Assembly: GCA_963804645.1 (NCBI GenBank)
Contig: CAWDRG010000002.1
Coordinates: forward strand, 1-64,000
Direction of reading: 5' to 3'
DNA from: an uncultured Bacillota bacterium
GTDB taxonomy: Bacteria > Sysuimicrobiota > Sysuimicrobiia > Sysuimicrobiales > Segetimicrobiaceae
Length of the DNA: 64,000 bases
Shown: positions 48,421-59,404 of the stretch, one piece after another
Numbering within the stretch: position 1 is the stretch's first letter
Layout of the letters: the number at the start of each line of letters is the position of its first letter
Position numbers and translations under genes: made by a program
The notes under the pieces: generated by a model
What the model was told of the DNA's origin: nothing
The model's input: only the letters and a program-made list of their open reading frames with translations
Database searches by the model: none

Positions 48421-49131
48421 CTAGCATCGCAGTCGTCGGGCCAGATCGACAAAATCCGCCGCGACGACGTCCCACGCGCCTTGGGGCGCGTCATCCGCGC
48501 GTCCCCCGGGTCCGAACTCGAGCGGCCGGGCGACGAACCCGGTCCGCAGCCCGCACGCCCGTGCCGCGGCAAGATCTCGCTCGTGGGCGGCGACCATCAT
48601 CGCCTCGGGCGGCGTAAGCCCGAGGAGCGCGACGTTTTTCAGGTAGGCGTCAGGCATTGGCTTATAGGCCTGCGCGGTCTCGGCCCCGAGAATCACATCC
48701 CACGGAATGCCGGCCCGCTTGGCCATGTTCACCATCAGCGCCACGTTCCCGTTCGAGTTGGGCGCGACAATGTACTTGGTCCGCAGCCGCCGCAGCCCCT
48801 CGATGGTGTCGGGCCACGGGTCAAGACGGTGCCAGGCACGGTTCAGATCGTCGAGGTCCGCCGCGGACACGTCCGCCATCCCGAAGTCGCGGCAGACGGC
48901 CTCAAGGCTCTCGCGGTGCAGCGCGTCCAGGTTGGTCCAGGGGCGCCGACCGCTGCGCACGGTCTCCATCTGCGGTTGGTACCGGGCGCGCCACGCGTCC
49001 GCGAACGTCGCCCAATCCACGCCGCTCACGTGATGCGCGCGCCCGAACGCCTCGCCCTCGCGGGCGACCGATGTGCGCCAGTCGACGCAGGTGCCAAACA
49101 CGTCAAACAGGAGTGCCCTGACCTCCGCCAT
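48421..49131 (-). CDS. Haloacid dehalogenase type II
   Basis: FDVFGT.VDW, SNGN, YKP, MVAAH..DL. Confidence 0.92.
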   Translation of the reverse strand: MAEVRALLFDVFGTCVDWRTSVAREGEAFGRAHHVSGVDWATFADAWRARYQPQMETVRSGRRPWTNLDALHRESLEAVCRDFGMADVSAADLDDLNRAWHRLDPWPDTIEGLRRLRTKYIVAPNSNGNVALMVNMAKRAGIPWDVILGAETAQAYKPMPDAYLKNVALLGLTPPEAMMVAAHERDLAAARACGLRTGFVARPLEFGPGGRADDAPQGAWDVVAADFVDLARRLRC

Positions 49132-49408
49132 CCCGACACCATCCTCCCAATATCCATCCGGCGGTGTCCCGGACGATCTCGTCCACCGCGGCGGCCGTGG
49201 ATCCGGTCCCGCGAACCGGACGCGCCGGCTATGGGTTCGAGCGGACGCGTCCCTCTCCCTCGCTCGGAGACGTCGAAGGAGACGGGCAGACGTGAGGACC
49301 CGCGTGCGTTATCCTGAACAAGAGCGGACCGACCATGCCCGTGGTGGGTGGTCACGTGGAGAGCGCCAGCCAACGCGTCGATCAGTGGCGGCGGGAGGGA
49401 GTGTGTAC

Positions 49409-50413
49409 ATGCGACACCGTCAACTCGGCGCGGCCGGCCCGCGCGTCTCGATCCTCGGGTTGGGGTGCATGGCCATGTCGGGGGTGTACGGACCCGCCGA
49501 CCGGGCGGAAAGCATCGCCACCATCCACGCCGCCCTCGACGCCGGCATCACGCTGCTCGACACCGGCGATTTCTACGGCATGGGGCACAACGAGCTCCTG
49601 ATCGGAGAAGCCCTGCGAGGGAGCCCGCGGAACGGCGTGTTGATCAGCTGCAAGTTCGGCGCGCTGCGCGACCCCGCCGGCCGGTGGGTCGGCTACGACG
49701 CACGGCCCGCAGCGGTGAAGACCTTCTTGGCCTATTCCCTCCGGCGGCTTGGGCGGGATCACATCGATATCTATCGCCCGGCCCGCCTCGATCCGACCGT
49801 GCCGGTTGAGGACACGATCGGCGCGATCGCCGAGATGGTGAAGGCGGGATACGTGCGGTTTATCGGCCTGTCCGAAGTCGGGCCCGACACCCTCCGACGG
49901 GCGGCGGCCGTCCATCCGATCTGCGACCTGCAGATAGAGTATTCGCTGCTCTCCCGCGGGATCGAAGACGGCATCCTAGCGGCGTGCCGCGCGCTGGGGA
50001 TCGGGCTGACCGCCTACGGCGTGTACTCACGCGGCCTGCTCGGGGGCTCGTGGCGGAAGGAGGGCGGCGGCCCCGGCGATATGCGGACGCAGATGCCTCG
50101 GTTCGAACGCGAGAACATCGACAGGAACTTGGCGCTCGTCGAGGCGCTTCGGACGATCGCCGCGGCGAAGGGCGTCACCGTCTCGCAACTCGCCATGGCG
50201 TGGGTGGCGGCGCGCGGCGACGACATCGTGCCGCTCGTCGGCGCCCGGCGCCGCGAGCAGCTGCAAGACGCGCTGGGCGCGCTCGACGTGGCGCTGACCG
50301 GGGGCGACGTGGCGAACATAGAGCGCGCCGTCCCCAAGGATGCCGCGGCCGGCGGTCGATACGCGCCGGCCCAGATGGCCCATCTCGACAGCGAGGCGGC
50401 GCATCGGGGATAG
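49409..50413 (+). CDS. Aldo/keto reductase
   Basis: LGLGCM, DTGDFYG, SLRRLG.DHID, IGLSE, QIEYSL. Confidence 0.93.
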   Translation: MRHRQLGAAGPRVSILGLGCMAMSGVYGPADRAESIATIHAALDAGITLLDTGDFYGMGHNELLIGEALRGSPRNGVLISCKFGALRDPAGRWVGYDARPAAVKTFLAYSLRRLGRDHIDIYRPARLDPTVPVEDTIGAIAEMVKAGYVRFIGLSEVGPDTLRRAAAVHPICDLQIEYSLLSRGIEDGILAACRALGIGLTAYGVYSRGLLGGSWRKEGGGPGDMRTQMPRFERENIDRNLALVEALRTIAAAKGVTVSQLAMAWVAARGDDIVPLVGARRREQLQDALGALDVALTGGDVANIERAVPKDAAAGGRYAPAQMAHLDSEAAHRG

Positions 50414-50425
50414 CCGCGCCCGGCC

Positions 50426-50959
50426 TCACACCCGGGTCGTTTCTCCCATCACGAGGGCGTAGTCCAGGTTTTCCGCGGCGACGCCGATCTGCTTGAGCAT
50501 CGCCATCACCTGGGCGCGGTGGTGGACTTCATGGAACAGCAGATGCCCGACGAGGACGTCGGCGGTGACCCGCACCCGGACCGGCGGGGTGACGACCTTC
50601 GGGAAGAAATCGAAGTGACGCCCGGGATCGCCGAGTTCGGCAAACGCGCGGCGCGTATCCGGATTGACTCGCGTCCACGCCTCGACCAACTGCTCGAACG
50701 GCGGCTGCGCGTCGAGCCTGAACGGATTGTTCGTGTACTGGCCGTTCGCGGCGTCGGGTTCCCTTCCGAGCAGCCGCTGTGTGTGCCCCCACTGGACGCT
50801 GGCGACGTGCACGAGCGTCGTGCTGATCGACCCGAGGCCGATCGGAAATGACCGCCGATATACTTCCGCGGGCTGCGTCCGCACCCACCCGAAAAGCTTC
50901 TCCCTCGCCACACAGAGATACTCGAAATACCGGACACGATCGCTGTCGGTTGTCGTCAT
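50426..50959 (-). CDS. DinB family protein
   Basis: SI..TLVH, HLLFHEVHHRAQ metal-binding His motif. Confidence 0.85.
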   Translation of the reverse strand: MTTTDSDRVRYFEYLCVAREKLFGWVRTQPAEVYRRSFPIGLGSISTTLVHVASVQWGHTQRLLGREPDAANGQYTNNPFRLDAQPPFEQLVEAWTRVNPDTRRAFAELGDPGRHFDFFPKVVTPPVRVRVTADVLVGHLLFHEVHHRAQVMAMLKQIGVAAENLDYALVMGETTRV

Positions 50960-51008
50960 CGCACGCACCCCCTGTGCCCGGCTCGGCGTTGCTCGCGCTC
51001 CGCTGCCG

Positions 51009-51605
51009 CTACCACAGAAACAGGATGACCGACGCGGCGAGCAGCCCTCCCATGGCAACGTTGAAGGCACGGAAGGCGCGCTCGGACCGCAGGACGCGCT
51101 GCAGGGCCGCCCCGAAGGCGAGCCACGGGAGACAGCTCGGGAGGCACGCCACGAAAAACACGAGCCCCAGGCCGGTGGACTGCTCCAGCGCGCCGCCCGC
51201 CCCCGCGTCAAGAAAGGTGGCCGCGGCGCTGGCGCAGACAAGCCACGACTTTGGGTTCACCCATTGGAAGGCCGCCGCGCCGAGGAAGCCGACCGGCTTG
51301 GCCCCCGCTGCGGCCCCGCCGCTGCGTGCGGTCGCGATCTTCCACGCGAGCCAGCAGAGCATCACGGCGCCGCACCACTTCACCCCTTGGAGGACCAGGG
51401 GGTTGGAGAGGAGCAGTCTGCCGAGGCCGAGCGTGACGAGGAACATCATGCATGCCATGCCGACGGCGACCCCGAGGAGGCTGGGGAGGCCGCGTAGCAC
51501 GCCGACGTTGGCCCCGGTGGCGGTCAGCAGCACGTTGCTGGGACCGGGGGTGCCCGCGGCGGCGACCGAGAACGCGAAGAACGTGAGCGCCTGCTCCCGC
51601 GTCAC
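51009..51605 (-). CDS. LysE family translocator
   Basis: TPGPSN, FQWVNPK; hydrophobic segments. Confidence 0.9.
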   Translation of the reverse strand: MTREQALTFFAFSVAAAGTPGPSNVLLTATGANVGVLRGLPSLLGVAVGMACMMFLVTLGLGRLLLSNPLVLQGVKWCGAVMLCWLAWKIATARSGGAAAGAKPVGFLGAAAFQWVNPKSWLVCASAAATFLDAGAGGALEQSTGLGLVFFVACLPSCLPWLAFGAALQRVLRSERAFRAFNVAMGGLLAASVILFLW

Positions 51606-51640
51606 TTCAACTCGCCGCCGTGTCCCGGTATACTAGCCGC

Positions 51641-52525
51641 ATGGCGTCCATGGTAGCGGGATCGATCGGCGCGGGTCTTGTACGTTCGTGCGGCGGTGGA
51701 GACTGGGTGCGCACGTCCAAGCCCGGAGAAGGCGTCGAGCTGCTGCGCGCCTGGTTTGGCGGGCGCGCGTTCGCCAAGCACCGCCACGACACATACGCCG
51801 TCGCCGTAACCGACGTCGGGGTGATGACATTCGACTACCGCGGGCGGGTCGAACGCAGCACGCCGGGCCAGGTCATCGTGCTCCACCCGGATGAGACGCA
51901 CGACGGCCGCGCGGGCAGCGAGGTCGGGTTCGGCTATCGCATCGTCTACGTGGAGCCGGCGCGGATCGCCGCCGCCGTCGGCACGATCACGGAACACACG
52001 GCGGTCCTGCCGTTCGTGCGCGAGCCGGTGTCCGGCAACCCCACGCTCGTGCGGGCGGTCACGGCCGCGTTTCGGCCTGCCCTGGAACCACTGGCGCTCG
52101 ACGCACTGATCCTGCGCCTCGCGGAAGGCTTGATCGAAGGGGATCCTCACTGCCGCGCGGCTCGCGCGCCCCGCCGCGTCGACCACGCGGCGATTGGGCG
52201 GGCTCGGGCGTTCCTCGACGGCCGGCGCGCCGTGGTGCGGTCCGTGGAACTCGAGGCGGTGACCGGTCTGAGCCGGTACGAGCTTGCCCGTCAGTTCCGG
52301 AGCTTCTACGGGACCAGCCCGTACCGGTACTCGGTCATCCGGCGCATTGACTTCGCGCGCAGCCGGCTCGACGCCGGGCTGACGTTGGCCGAGGTCGCGC
52401 TGGCGGCCGGGTTTGCCGACCAGGCACACTTCACGCGGATGTTCAGGTCGGTCTACGGCGTCACGCCGGGACGCTATGTCAGGCTGCGTGATGCGGACGC
52501 GGCCGGGCAGCGCGGGCGCGCGTAG
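51641..52525 (+). CDS. AraC family transcriptional regulator
   Basis: HRHDTY cupin, HPDE.HDG, GFADQAHFTR.F. Confidence 0.92.
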   Translation: MASMVAGSIGAGLVRSCGGGDWVRTSKPGEGVELLRAWFGGRAFAKHRHDTYAVAVTDVGVMTFDYRGRVERSTPGQVIVLHPDETHDGRAGSEVGFGYRIVYVEPARIAAAVGTITEHTAVLPFVREPVSGNPTLVRAVTAAFRPALEPLALDALILRLAEGLIEGDPHCRAARAPRRVDHAAIGRARAFLDGRRAVVRSVELEAVTGLSRYELARQFRSFYGTSPYRYSVIRRIDFARSRLDAGLTLAEVALAAGFADQAHFTRMFRSVYGVTPGRYVRLRDADAAGQRGRA

Positions 52526-52673
52526 CCGGCCCACTGACGAGATTCGCCTTTCCACACGATCTCCACAGTGGATCCACGGCCCGTCCATTCGCGTGCCTCA
52601 GACTGGGTCGCGTGCGGGCGGGGACGCGCTCCCGCGAAGGAGCGAGCGAACGCAGTCGTGGAGGAGGAGCCGC

Positions 52674-53038
52674 GTGAACATCCACCGTGTCGACCTGCAC
52701 GTCTCGGACGTCGATGGCGCGCGCGAATTCTTTGAGCGGTGGTTCGGCCTGCGCTGCGTCTATCAGCGCGCGAAGGAAATCGCGCTGCTCGAGGACGGCG
52801 CCGGCTTCTTGCTCGGCGTGAGCAACCTGCGCGGCTCGCCCCGCCGCCGTATCCGCCGGATTTCCACGTTGGATTTAGACTGAACCGTATGGCGGACGTG
52901 CGCGCGCTGTACGAGGCCGTGAACGCCGGCGGAATCGGCATGAAGTTCGAGCTCGCGGAGGCCGGTCCGGTTCTGGTGTTTCAGTGCCTTGGGCCCGATG
53001 GGATTCCGGTCGAAGTGCAGGCGCTCCTCGGCACGTGA
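52674..53038 (+). CDS. VOC/glyoxalase family protein (frameshift near 52840)
   Basis: RBS GAGGAG; L.VSDV..AREFFE..FG, then in another frame FHVGF...GPDG..VEV. Confidence 0.8.
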
Positions 53039-53075
53039 CGGCCCTGCCCCCGGAGGGACCTTGCTCAGCGACCGG

Positions 53076-53537
53076 TCAGGCTTCGGCGGGGGGCTTGAAC
53101 CGTTCGAACGGGTTGCGGCAGCTCCGGCACAGATACATCGCCCGGCACAGCGTCGGGCCGAACAGGCTCTCCGCGGCCACGTCGTGGGACCCGCAGTACG
53201 GGCAGACCGGCGGCTCCGCGAAGCGGCAGCGGGGCACCGACAGGCCGTGGGCCGTGAGCTGCGCGCGGCCCCGCGGCGTCATGCGCTCGAGCGTCCACGG
53301 CTCGTCGAACGTGTACTCCACGACGGCGTCGGACACGCCCGGCAGCGCCAGCAGCGCGCGACGCACCCGGGTCCGGATCACGTCGAGCGCGGGACAGGCG
53401 ATCCACGTCGGCACGAGGCGCACGTTCACCCGCGCGCCGTCCACGCGGACGTCGCGCACCAGCCCCATGTCGGTGATCGTGATCGGGAGCTCGGGATCCT
53501 CGACGGTGGCAAGCGCATCCCAGACCGCCGCATCCAT
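53076..53537 (-). CDS. paaD: Phenylacetyl-CoA epoxidase subunit PaaD
   Basis: VEDPELP.TITDMG, CPA, CPYCGS, FGPTLCR...C..C..PFE.FK. Confidence 0.9.
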   Translation of the reverse strand: MDAAVWDALATVEDPELPITITDMGLVRDVRVDGARVNVRLVPTWIACPALDVIRTRVRRALLALPGVSDAVVEYTFDEPWTLERMTPRGRAQLTAHGLSVPRCRFAEPPVCPYCGSHDVAAESLFGPTLCRAMYLCRSCRNPFERFKPPAEA

Positions 53538-53554
53538 CGTGTTCGTGACGTTCG

Positions 53555-54340
53555 TCACCACCGTGCCTCCGGATCCGACCGCCAGACCTCGGTCATCTCG
53601 CTGTGCAGCTGTTGGAACGCGGCCGTGCGGACGCCGCGCCGGCCGCCCTCACGCGCGGCGGCGGACGCCGGAACGCGGAGCCCGCAGCCTTCGAGCGTGG
53701 GCTGCACCGTCTCCAGCCAGGATGCCCGCTGCGCGTCCGGCGCGGTGACCAGGACGCCCGCGCGCAGGAGGATCTCGTCGGCCTCGGTCGCCTCGAACAG
53801 CCCGAGCGCGTCGGGCCACGCGCTGTCGAGCGCGGCCTGCACACGGCCGGGGCCGTCGGCGGCGCCGCGGGCGAGGCGCGTCAGCCAGGTCTCCGCGAAA
53901 AGTGTGTGGTACCGTTCCTCCCGCACGAGGAGGTGGGCGAGGTCGGCGACCGGCTGCTGGCCGCTCGCGGCGAGGCGCTCGAGCCGTGCCGTCTCGAATG
54001 GTTCATAGAGGGTGAGGCGGACGATCGTCTCTTCCCATCCGCCGTTCGGCAGTTCGACGAAGGCCGCGTGCCGGTATTCCCCGGGCGCGCGGCCGAACGC
54101 GAGCCGGTCGACGTCGAGTCCCTCGTCCTGGGCGATCTGCTCGTAGAACGCGCGGGCGTGGCCGATCTCCTCCTGGGCGATGCTGCTCATCGCGACGTCG
54201 CTTTCGATGTCGGGCCCCACCCCGGTCCATTCCGAGTGCCGGTGGCCGATGATCAACTCGTCGTCCGCGATGCGCAGCAGCCAGTCGCGGAACGCCGCCC
54301 GCACCGCGGGATCGCCGATCGCGGTCAGCGCGCCGGGCAC
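53555..54340 (-). CDS. paaC: Phenylacetyl-CoA epoxidase subunit PaaC
   Basis: ADDELI.GHR.SEW, EE.GHA, EE.YH. Confidence 0.9.
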   Translation of the reverse strand: MPGALTAIGDPAVRAAFRDWLLRIADDELIIGHRHSEWTGVGPDIESDVAMSSIAQEEIGHARAFYEQIAQDEGLDVDRLAFGRAPGEYRHAAFVELPNGGWEETIVRLTLYEPFETARLERLAASGQQPVADLAHLLVREERYHTLFAETWLTRLARGAADGPGRVQAALDSAWPDALGLFEATEADEILLRAGVLVTAPDAQRASWLETVQPTLEGCGLRVPASAAAREGGRRGVRTAAFQQLHSEMTEVWRSDPEARW

Positions 54341-54341
54341 G

Positions 54342-54728
54342 TTAGGCCTCGTCCTCTCGGTAGTCGGTGCCGTAGGATCCCTGCAGGATCTTGCGCTGGC
54401 GTCGGTACGAGCCCCCGAACCGGTAGCTTTTGTCCGTGGCGGGCACGAACATCTCGGAGGCGGACTGCGTGGTCGCGTGGATCTGGTCGGCGCGCACGAC
54501 CCACAGGCTGACGCACGGATCGCGGCGCGTGTAGTTTTCCTTGGCGAGCACGAGCGCCATCTCGGCGTCCGGAGCGTGCACGTCGCCCGCGTAGACGTGC
54601 GCATCGCGCCGCCGTCCCTGGACAAACACCGCCCAGACGTCGTCGGCGGCGCCGAGCGGTCCCTCCCAGGATTCGTTCGACCGTCCGGGGGTCACACCCG
54701 GTCCCCTATCCGTCCGCGGCGCCGCCAT
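54342..54728 (-). CDS. paaB: Phenylacetyl-CoA epoxidase subunit PaaB
   Basis: W.VF, HAPDAEMAL..A...YTRR, SLWVV, DK.YR. Confidence 0.88.
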   Translation of the reverse strand: MAAPRTDRGPGVTPGRSNESWEGPLGAADDVWAVFVQGRRRDAHVYAGDVHAPDAEMALVLAKENYTRRDPCVSLWVVRADQIHATTQSASEMFVPATDKSYRFGGSYRRQRKILQGSYGTDYREDEA

Positions 54729-54729
54729 G

Positions 54730-55674
54730 TCACGCCGCGGCGGCCCACCGGCCGACGGCCTCGCGCACCCACGCGTGCTGCGCATGGAAGCGCTGCCGCA
54801 ATGCGAGCCGCTCCATGCTCTTCGGGCCGCCGTTCCGGCCGACCCGCTTCAATTCGTCCCAGTCGGGCTCGGTGTAGATGTAGCGCTGCTCGTCCTCGAC
54901 CCAGCGCAGTCCCGGGTCCGGCACCTCCAGCCCGTACTCGAGGATGACCGGGATGAACCGCCGCAGGAACTGCTGGCGCAGCTCCTCGTTCGACTTCACC
55001 TTGATGCGCCACGCGAGCATCTTCTCGGTGTGCGGCGAGATCCGGTCGGGCATGCCGAAGAAGTGGATGATCGGGGTCCACCAGCGCCGGAGCGCGTCCT
55101 GCAGCATCGCCCGCTGAGTCGGTGTGCCCTCCGCGAGCGACCGCCACACGTCGAGGCCGAGCTGGATGTGGAAGTCCTCTTCGTAGCAGATGCGCTTCAG
55201 CACCCGCGAGTACGGCGCGTACGAGCACGACCGCAACGCGCCCTGGGTCTGCATCGCGGCCCCGTCGACGAACACCTGGATGATCGCGACGTCGGCCCAG
55301 GTCTCCGCCGGGTAGTGGAAGACATTGTGGAAGCGCGCCCTCCCGGCGACCAGCTCGTCGATCATCTCGCTGCGCGAGCGGCCGAGGGTCTCCGCCACCC
55401 GATACAGGAGCATCCCGTGGCCCACCTCGTCCTGGACCTTGGCGGTCAGCGCCATCTTGCGGGCCAGGCTCGGCGCCCGGGGAATCCATTCACGTTCGGG
55501 GAGCGCGCCCATGATCTCGGAGTTCGCGTGCATGTTGATGAGGCGCAGCGCCTCGAACCGATACTCTTCGGGCATCCACTCTCCCGCTTCGAGCTGCTCT
55601 CCGGCCTGAATGCGCTCGGTAAAGCGCGCGAGCTGCTCCGGGTCTTCGGGGGTGCCCTGTGGATCGATCGGCAT
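54730..55674 (-). CDS. paaA: Phenylacetyl-CoA epoxidase catalytic subunit PaaA
   Basis: HANSEI.G.LPE..WI.RAP, AKVQDE.GH, ICYEE.FH. Confidence 0.93.
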   Translation of the reverse strand: MPIDPQGTPEDPEQLARFTERIQAGEQLEAGEWMPEEYRFEALRLINMHANSEIMGALPEREWIPRAPSLARKMALTAKVQDEVGHGMLLYRVAETLGRSRSEMIDELVAGRARFHNVFHYPAETWADVAIIQVFVDGAAMQTQGALRSCSYAPYSRVLKRICYEEDFHIQLGLDVWRSLAEGTPTQRAMLQDALRRWWTPIIHFFGMPDRISPHTEKMLAWRIKVKSNEELRQQFLRRFIPVILEYGLEVPDPGLRWVEDEQRYIYTEPDWDELKRVGRNGGPKSMERLALRQRFHAQHAWVREAVGRWAAAA

Positions 55675-55732
55675 GCTCGCGCTCCAGGACGTATGACGTT
55701 TTTCGGTCAGACTGCACGAAGTTGTCATATCT

Positions 55733-56168
<436 letters not shown>

Positions 56169-56498
56169 TCACCACGCTGGCACCTTGCGACCGAGTAGAT
56201 GGTGAGGCTACCAACGAGGACGCTCGTTGGCTGCGCAACCAGACCACGACGATCAGCGCGTGATTGCGGGCGGCGATGTGGCACCCGCTCCGCCTCACTC
56301 CCTAGCGTCGAAGCGCCCTCCTCAACGCGCACGATCGAATCAGGTGCTGGCGTCTGATCGTAGAGGGTGAGTTCGTTGAACTGCGCCCGGATGCGGGCAC
56401 AGGGGGTGTCGTGGGATGCATTGGAACGTGCCGTTCGGACTCCCAGCGAATCGCTGGAAACTGGCGCGCCTCGTTGGGAGCCCAGGGAGAAGCCAGCT

Positions 56499-56529
56499 CG
56501 TGGGGGGGCCGGTACGCAGCCCCCCTACG
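56499..56529 (-). terminator. Hairpin downstream of the thioredoxin-family gene
   Basis: CGTGGGGGGGC..GCCCCCCTACG. Confidence 0.4.
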
Positions 56530-56558
56530 AACAGCACGGCGTGCGGTCGCGGGTGTGG

Positions 56559-57119
56559 TTAGTCCCCGTACTTCTCCCGCAGGCGCTTGGATAGGCGGAG
56601 CATGAGCTGGTTGCGCTCGAACTGGCCGACCCACTCGGCCGTCACCGCAGACAGCAGCTCCGCGCCGGGCGGCACGATGCCGGTCGGGCACGCCGGACCC
56701 AACCGGTCGGCGGCCATCTGTCGGTACCCGGCGAGGGTCCGGTCGCCGTAACGGCCGCACTCTTGATCGTCCTCGCTGAGGAACACGACCCCTGGGACCC
56801 GGTGGCCGGCGTTCATCGCGAGCGCCTTCTGCGCCTCGGGCTGGGCGTCACGGTCGACGAAGCGGACCACGATCCGCTTGTTCTGCTCCGCGATCCGGCC
56901 CATGATCGGGCACTGGTTCACGCAGTCCCCGCACCACGCGCCGGCGACGCAGAGCACGTGCATCTCCCGGACAAACCCGCCGAGAAGCTCCCGCTGCTCC
57001 GGCGTGAGCGCGACGCGATCGTAGACCGCCTTCCAGCGTGCCTGCTGCTCGGCTGTGGCGTGGCGCTGCAAGAACTCCGCGTAATCAAAGGCCCCGCTGA
57101 ATGTCTGTGCCCAGTCCAT
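56559..57119 (-). CDS. Thioredoxin family protein
   Basis: WCGDC motif; RBS GGAGGA. Confidence 0.88.
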   Translation of the reverse strand: MDWAQTFSGAFDYAEFLQRHATAEQQARWKAVYDRVALTPEQRELLGGFVREMHVLCVAGAWCGDCVNQCPIMGRIAEQNKRIVVRFVDRDAQPEAQKALAMNAGHRVPGVVFLSEDDQECGRYGDRTLAGYRQMAADRLGPACPTGIVPPGAELLSAVTAEWVGQFERNQLMLRLSKRLREKYGD

Positions 57120-57280
57120 GCGTGTCCTCCCAGGATGTATCGCATGTCGCACCACGGTCGGGAACGTCTAGCGTAACGCGCCCGGTGAGACCCGGCATTC
57201 CCGGTCGCGGCCGCCGCCGGGCCGCCCTGCCCGGCGCCGCGGTTCGAGGACTTGCCCGGAACCGACCCGAAGACGCCAGT

Positions 57281-58414
57281 ATGAAAATTGCCTCGATTAC
57301 CTGTGTCCCATTGGCCGCACGCGCGCCCCGCCCGGTCGAATTTTCGATCGGCACGTTTCCGACGTTCTATGCGGTGCTCGTCCGCGTCACAACCGACACC
57401 GGTCTCGTGGGCGTGGGTGAGTGCATCGCACGGCGCACGCCGGAAGTCGCGGCGATGATCGTGGACCGGCTGCTGGCTCCGCTGGTCATCGGGCGAGATC
57501 CGTGGGACGTCGAGGGGCTGTGGGACGAGATGCTCGCGCTGCTGCGGCGGTGGGGGCACTCCCGCGGGTTTGTCGTGGAGGCGATGAGCGGCATCGACAT
57601 CGCGCTGTGGGACCTGCTGGCACGCTCGGTGGATCAGCCCTTGTATAAGTTCCTCGGCGGCGCGGGCCGCGAGCGCGTCAATTGCTACGTGTCCAAGGTG
57701 TACTTCGACGACATTCCCGCGATGGCCGACGAGGCGCGGGCGCAGGTGGCGCGCGGGTTTCGCGCGATCAAGGTGCAGCTCGGCTGGCCGGCGTCCCGCG
57801 GTGGAGACCGCGCCGACGTGCGGACGGTGCGGGCGATCCGTGACGCGGTGGGCCCGGACATCGAGTTGATGTTTGACGCGAACGGCGCCTACGACATCGG
57901 CACGGCGGTGCGGGTCGGCCGGCAGATCGAGGAGTGCGACGTCGCGTTTCTTGAGGAGCCCCTCCCCCCCGACGACCTCGACGGGTACGCGCACCTGCGG
58001 CGGTCGGTGCGCGTGCCGCTCGCCGCCGGCGAGACCGAATTCGGGATCTTCGGGTTCCGGGATCTGATTGCGCGCGGCTGCCTCGACGTGCTCCAGCCGG
58101 AGGTCGCGCGGATCGGCGGGATCACGGCGGCGCGGCGGCTGTGGGCGCTCGCGCACGCCCACAATCTTCAGTACGCCCCGCACACGGGATTCAGCGGCGG
58201 CGTCGCCCACCTGGCGTCGCTGCACCTTGCCGCGGCGGCGCCCAACTTCTCCACGTACGAATACATGGGGACGCAGTACATCCAGAACCCGCTGCGGGAC
58301 ATCTTTACGACGCCGTTTCCGGTGCCCGAGGACGGTCAGCTGCGCGTGCCCACCGGCCCCGGGCTCGGGCTGGACGTGGATCCCGAGGTGATCCGACGCT
58401 ACGAGGTGCGCTGA
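57281..58414 (+). CDS. Mandelate racemase/muconate lactonizing (enolase superfamily) enzyme
   Basis: G.GE, IDIALWD, DANG, EEP, AAGE, GGIT, P.GPGLG. Confidence 0.93.
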   Translation: MKIASITCVPLAARAPRPVEFSIGTFPTFYAVLVRVTTDTGLVGVGECIARRTPEVAAMIVDRLLAPLVIGRDPWDVEGLWDEMLALLRRWGHSRGFVVEAMSGIDIALWDLLARSVDQPLYKFLGGAGRERVNCYVSKVYFDDIPAMADEARAQVARGFRAIKVQLGWPASRGGDRADVRTVRAIRDAVGPDIELMFDANGAYDIGTAVRVGRQIEECDVAFLEEPLPPDDLDGYAHLRRSVRVPLAAGETEFGIFGFRDLIARGCLDVLQPEVARIGGITAARRLWALAHAHNLQYAPHTGFSGGVAHLASLHLAAAAPNFSTYEYMGTQYIQNPLRDIFTTPFPVPEDGQLRVPTGPGLGLDVDPEVIRRYEVR

Positions 58415-58463
58415 GCCGCGCCGTCTGGGGGAACGATCCCGCGCACCGACGGGCGCGGGCGCC

Positions 58464-58755
58464 TCAGCGGACCGCCGCGGGCTCCTGGTCAAGCGCCGCG
58501 CAGAGCGCGTCGACGGAGTCCCCGTCGTCCGGGATACACGGCGATGCGCAGCGGCAGCGTGAGGGACGGGTGGCGCAGCGTAATCTCTCCGAGGCGGCGC
58601 GCGAGCGTCTCGGCGCCCGACGGCCCGGCGCCGAGCTCGGCGAGGACCCACATCCGGTGTTCGTCGGGCTGCAGCACGCAGTCTGATCCGCGCAGGTTCT
58701 CGCGCACCTCGCGGGCGAGCGTGTTGATCTCCTGGTAGAAGTCGGCGGCGTCCAT
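58464..58755 (-). CDS. Small degenerate GGDEF/cyclase-fold-like protein (frameshift near 58530)
   Basis: LRGSD.V...IAVYP then DDGDSVDAL after removing one base; no GGDEF signature. Confidence 0.45.
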
Positions 58756-58803
58756 CACTTCCCGCACGGTCGCTGGGGACCGAAAGGGGTCGTCCCCGCG
58801 GGC

Positions 58804-59133
58804 CTACGACTTCGCCGACCGCTCGCGCACGCACGCCTCGCACTCGCACAGCCCCCGGAGCAGCGGGAAGGGATAGATGCCGGTGCTGTGCCCGTCCGAC
58901 CACGTGAACCGCAGCGCGTACGCCCCAACCCGCGCAACCTCTTTCGGGCGTACGTCCGGCGCCACGTTGGAAGGGTCGAGCAGCCGCTCCCCCGTCCACT
59001 CGTGGACGCACATCGCGCACGGGCAGCGCTGTCGCAGGAGCCGGTAGGCGTACCGGCTGACATGGTTGTCGGTCCAGGTGACGACCAACTCGTGCGCCGC
59101 GTCGTCCTGGTCGACCGACAGGGGTGTGGGCAT
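58804..59133 (-). CDS. DUF971 / gamma-butyrobetaine hydroxylase-like N-domain protein
   Basis: W.D.H.S.Y....LR..CPCA.C, VG.YAL...WSDGHSTGIY. Confidence 0.9.
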   Translation of the reverse strand: MPTPLSVDQDDAAHELVVTWTDNHVSRYAYRLLRQRCPCAMCVHEWTGERLLDPSNVAPDVRPKEVARVGAYALRFTWSDGHSTGIYPFPLLRGLCECEACVRERSAKS

Positions 59134-59404
59134 GCGTCCGCGTGGCATCGCGTCTCATACTGTAGGCGGTGGCCGCGATCGTGTCAAAGCAGGCGGCCGG
59201 GGCGTGCGGGTGCGCCTCGCTCGGGAAGCACCCCTCCGGTCGGTCGTGCGTGATCGTGGGACCGCAGGCGCAGGGGGCTGCTGCCTGCGCGTGAGCGCCC
59301 AGGAGGCCGGACGCCCACAAGGACCGGCGAGCGTGCGGACCGAACATTAAGGGTAAGCCGCTCGCATCACCACGCACCATAATGCCCTGTGCCTGGAGGC
59401 CGTC

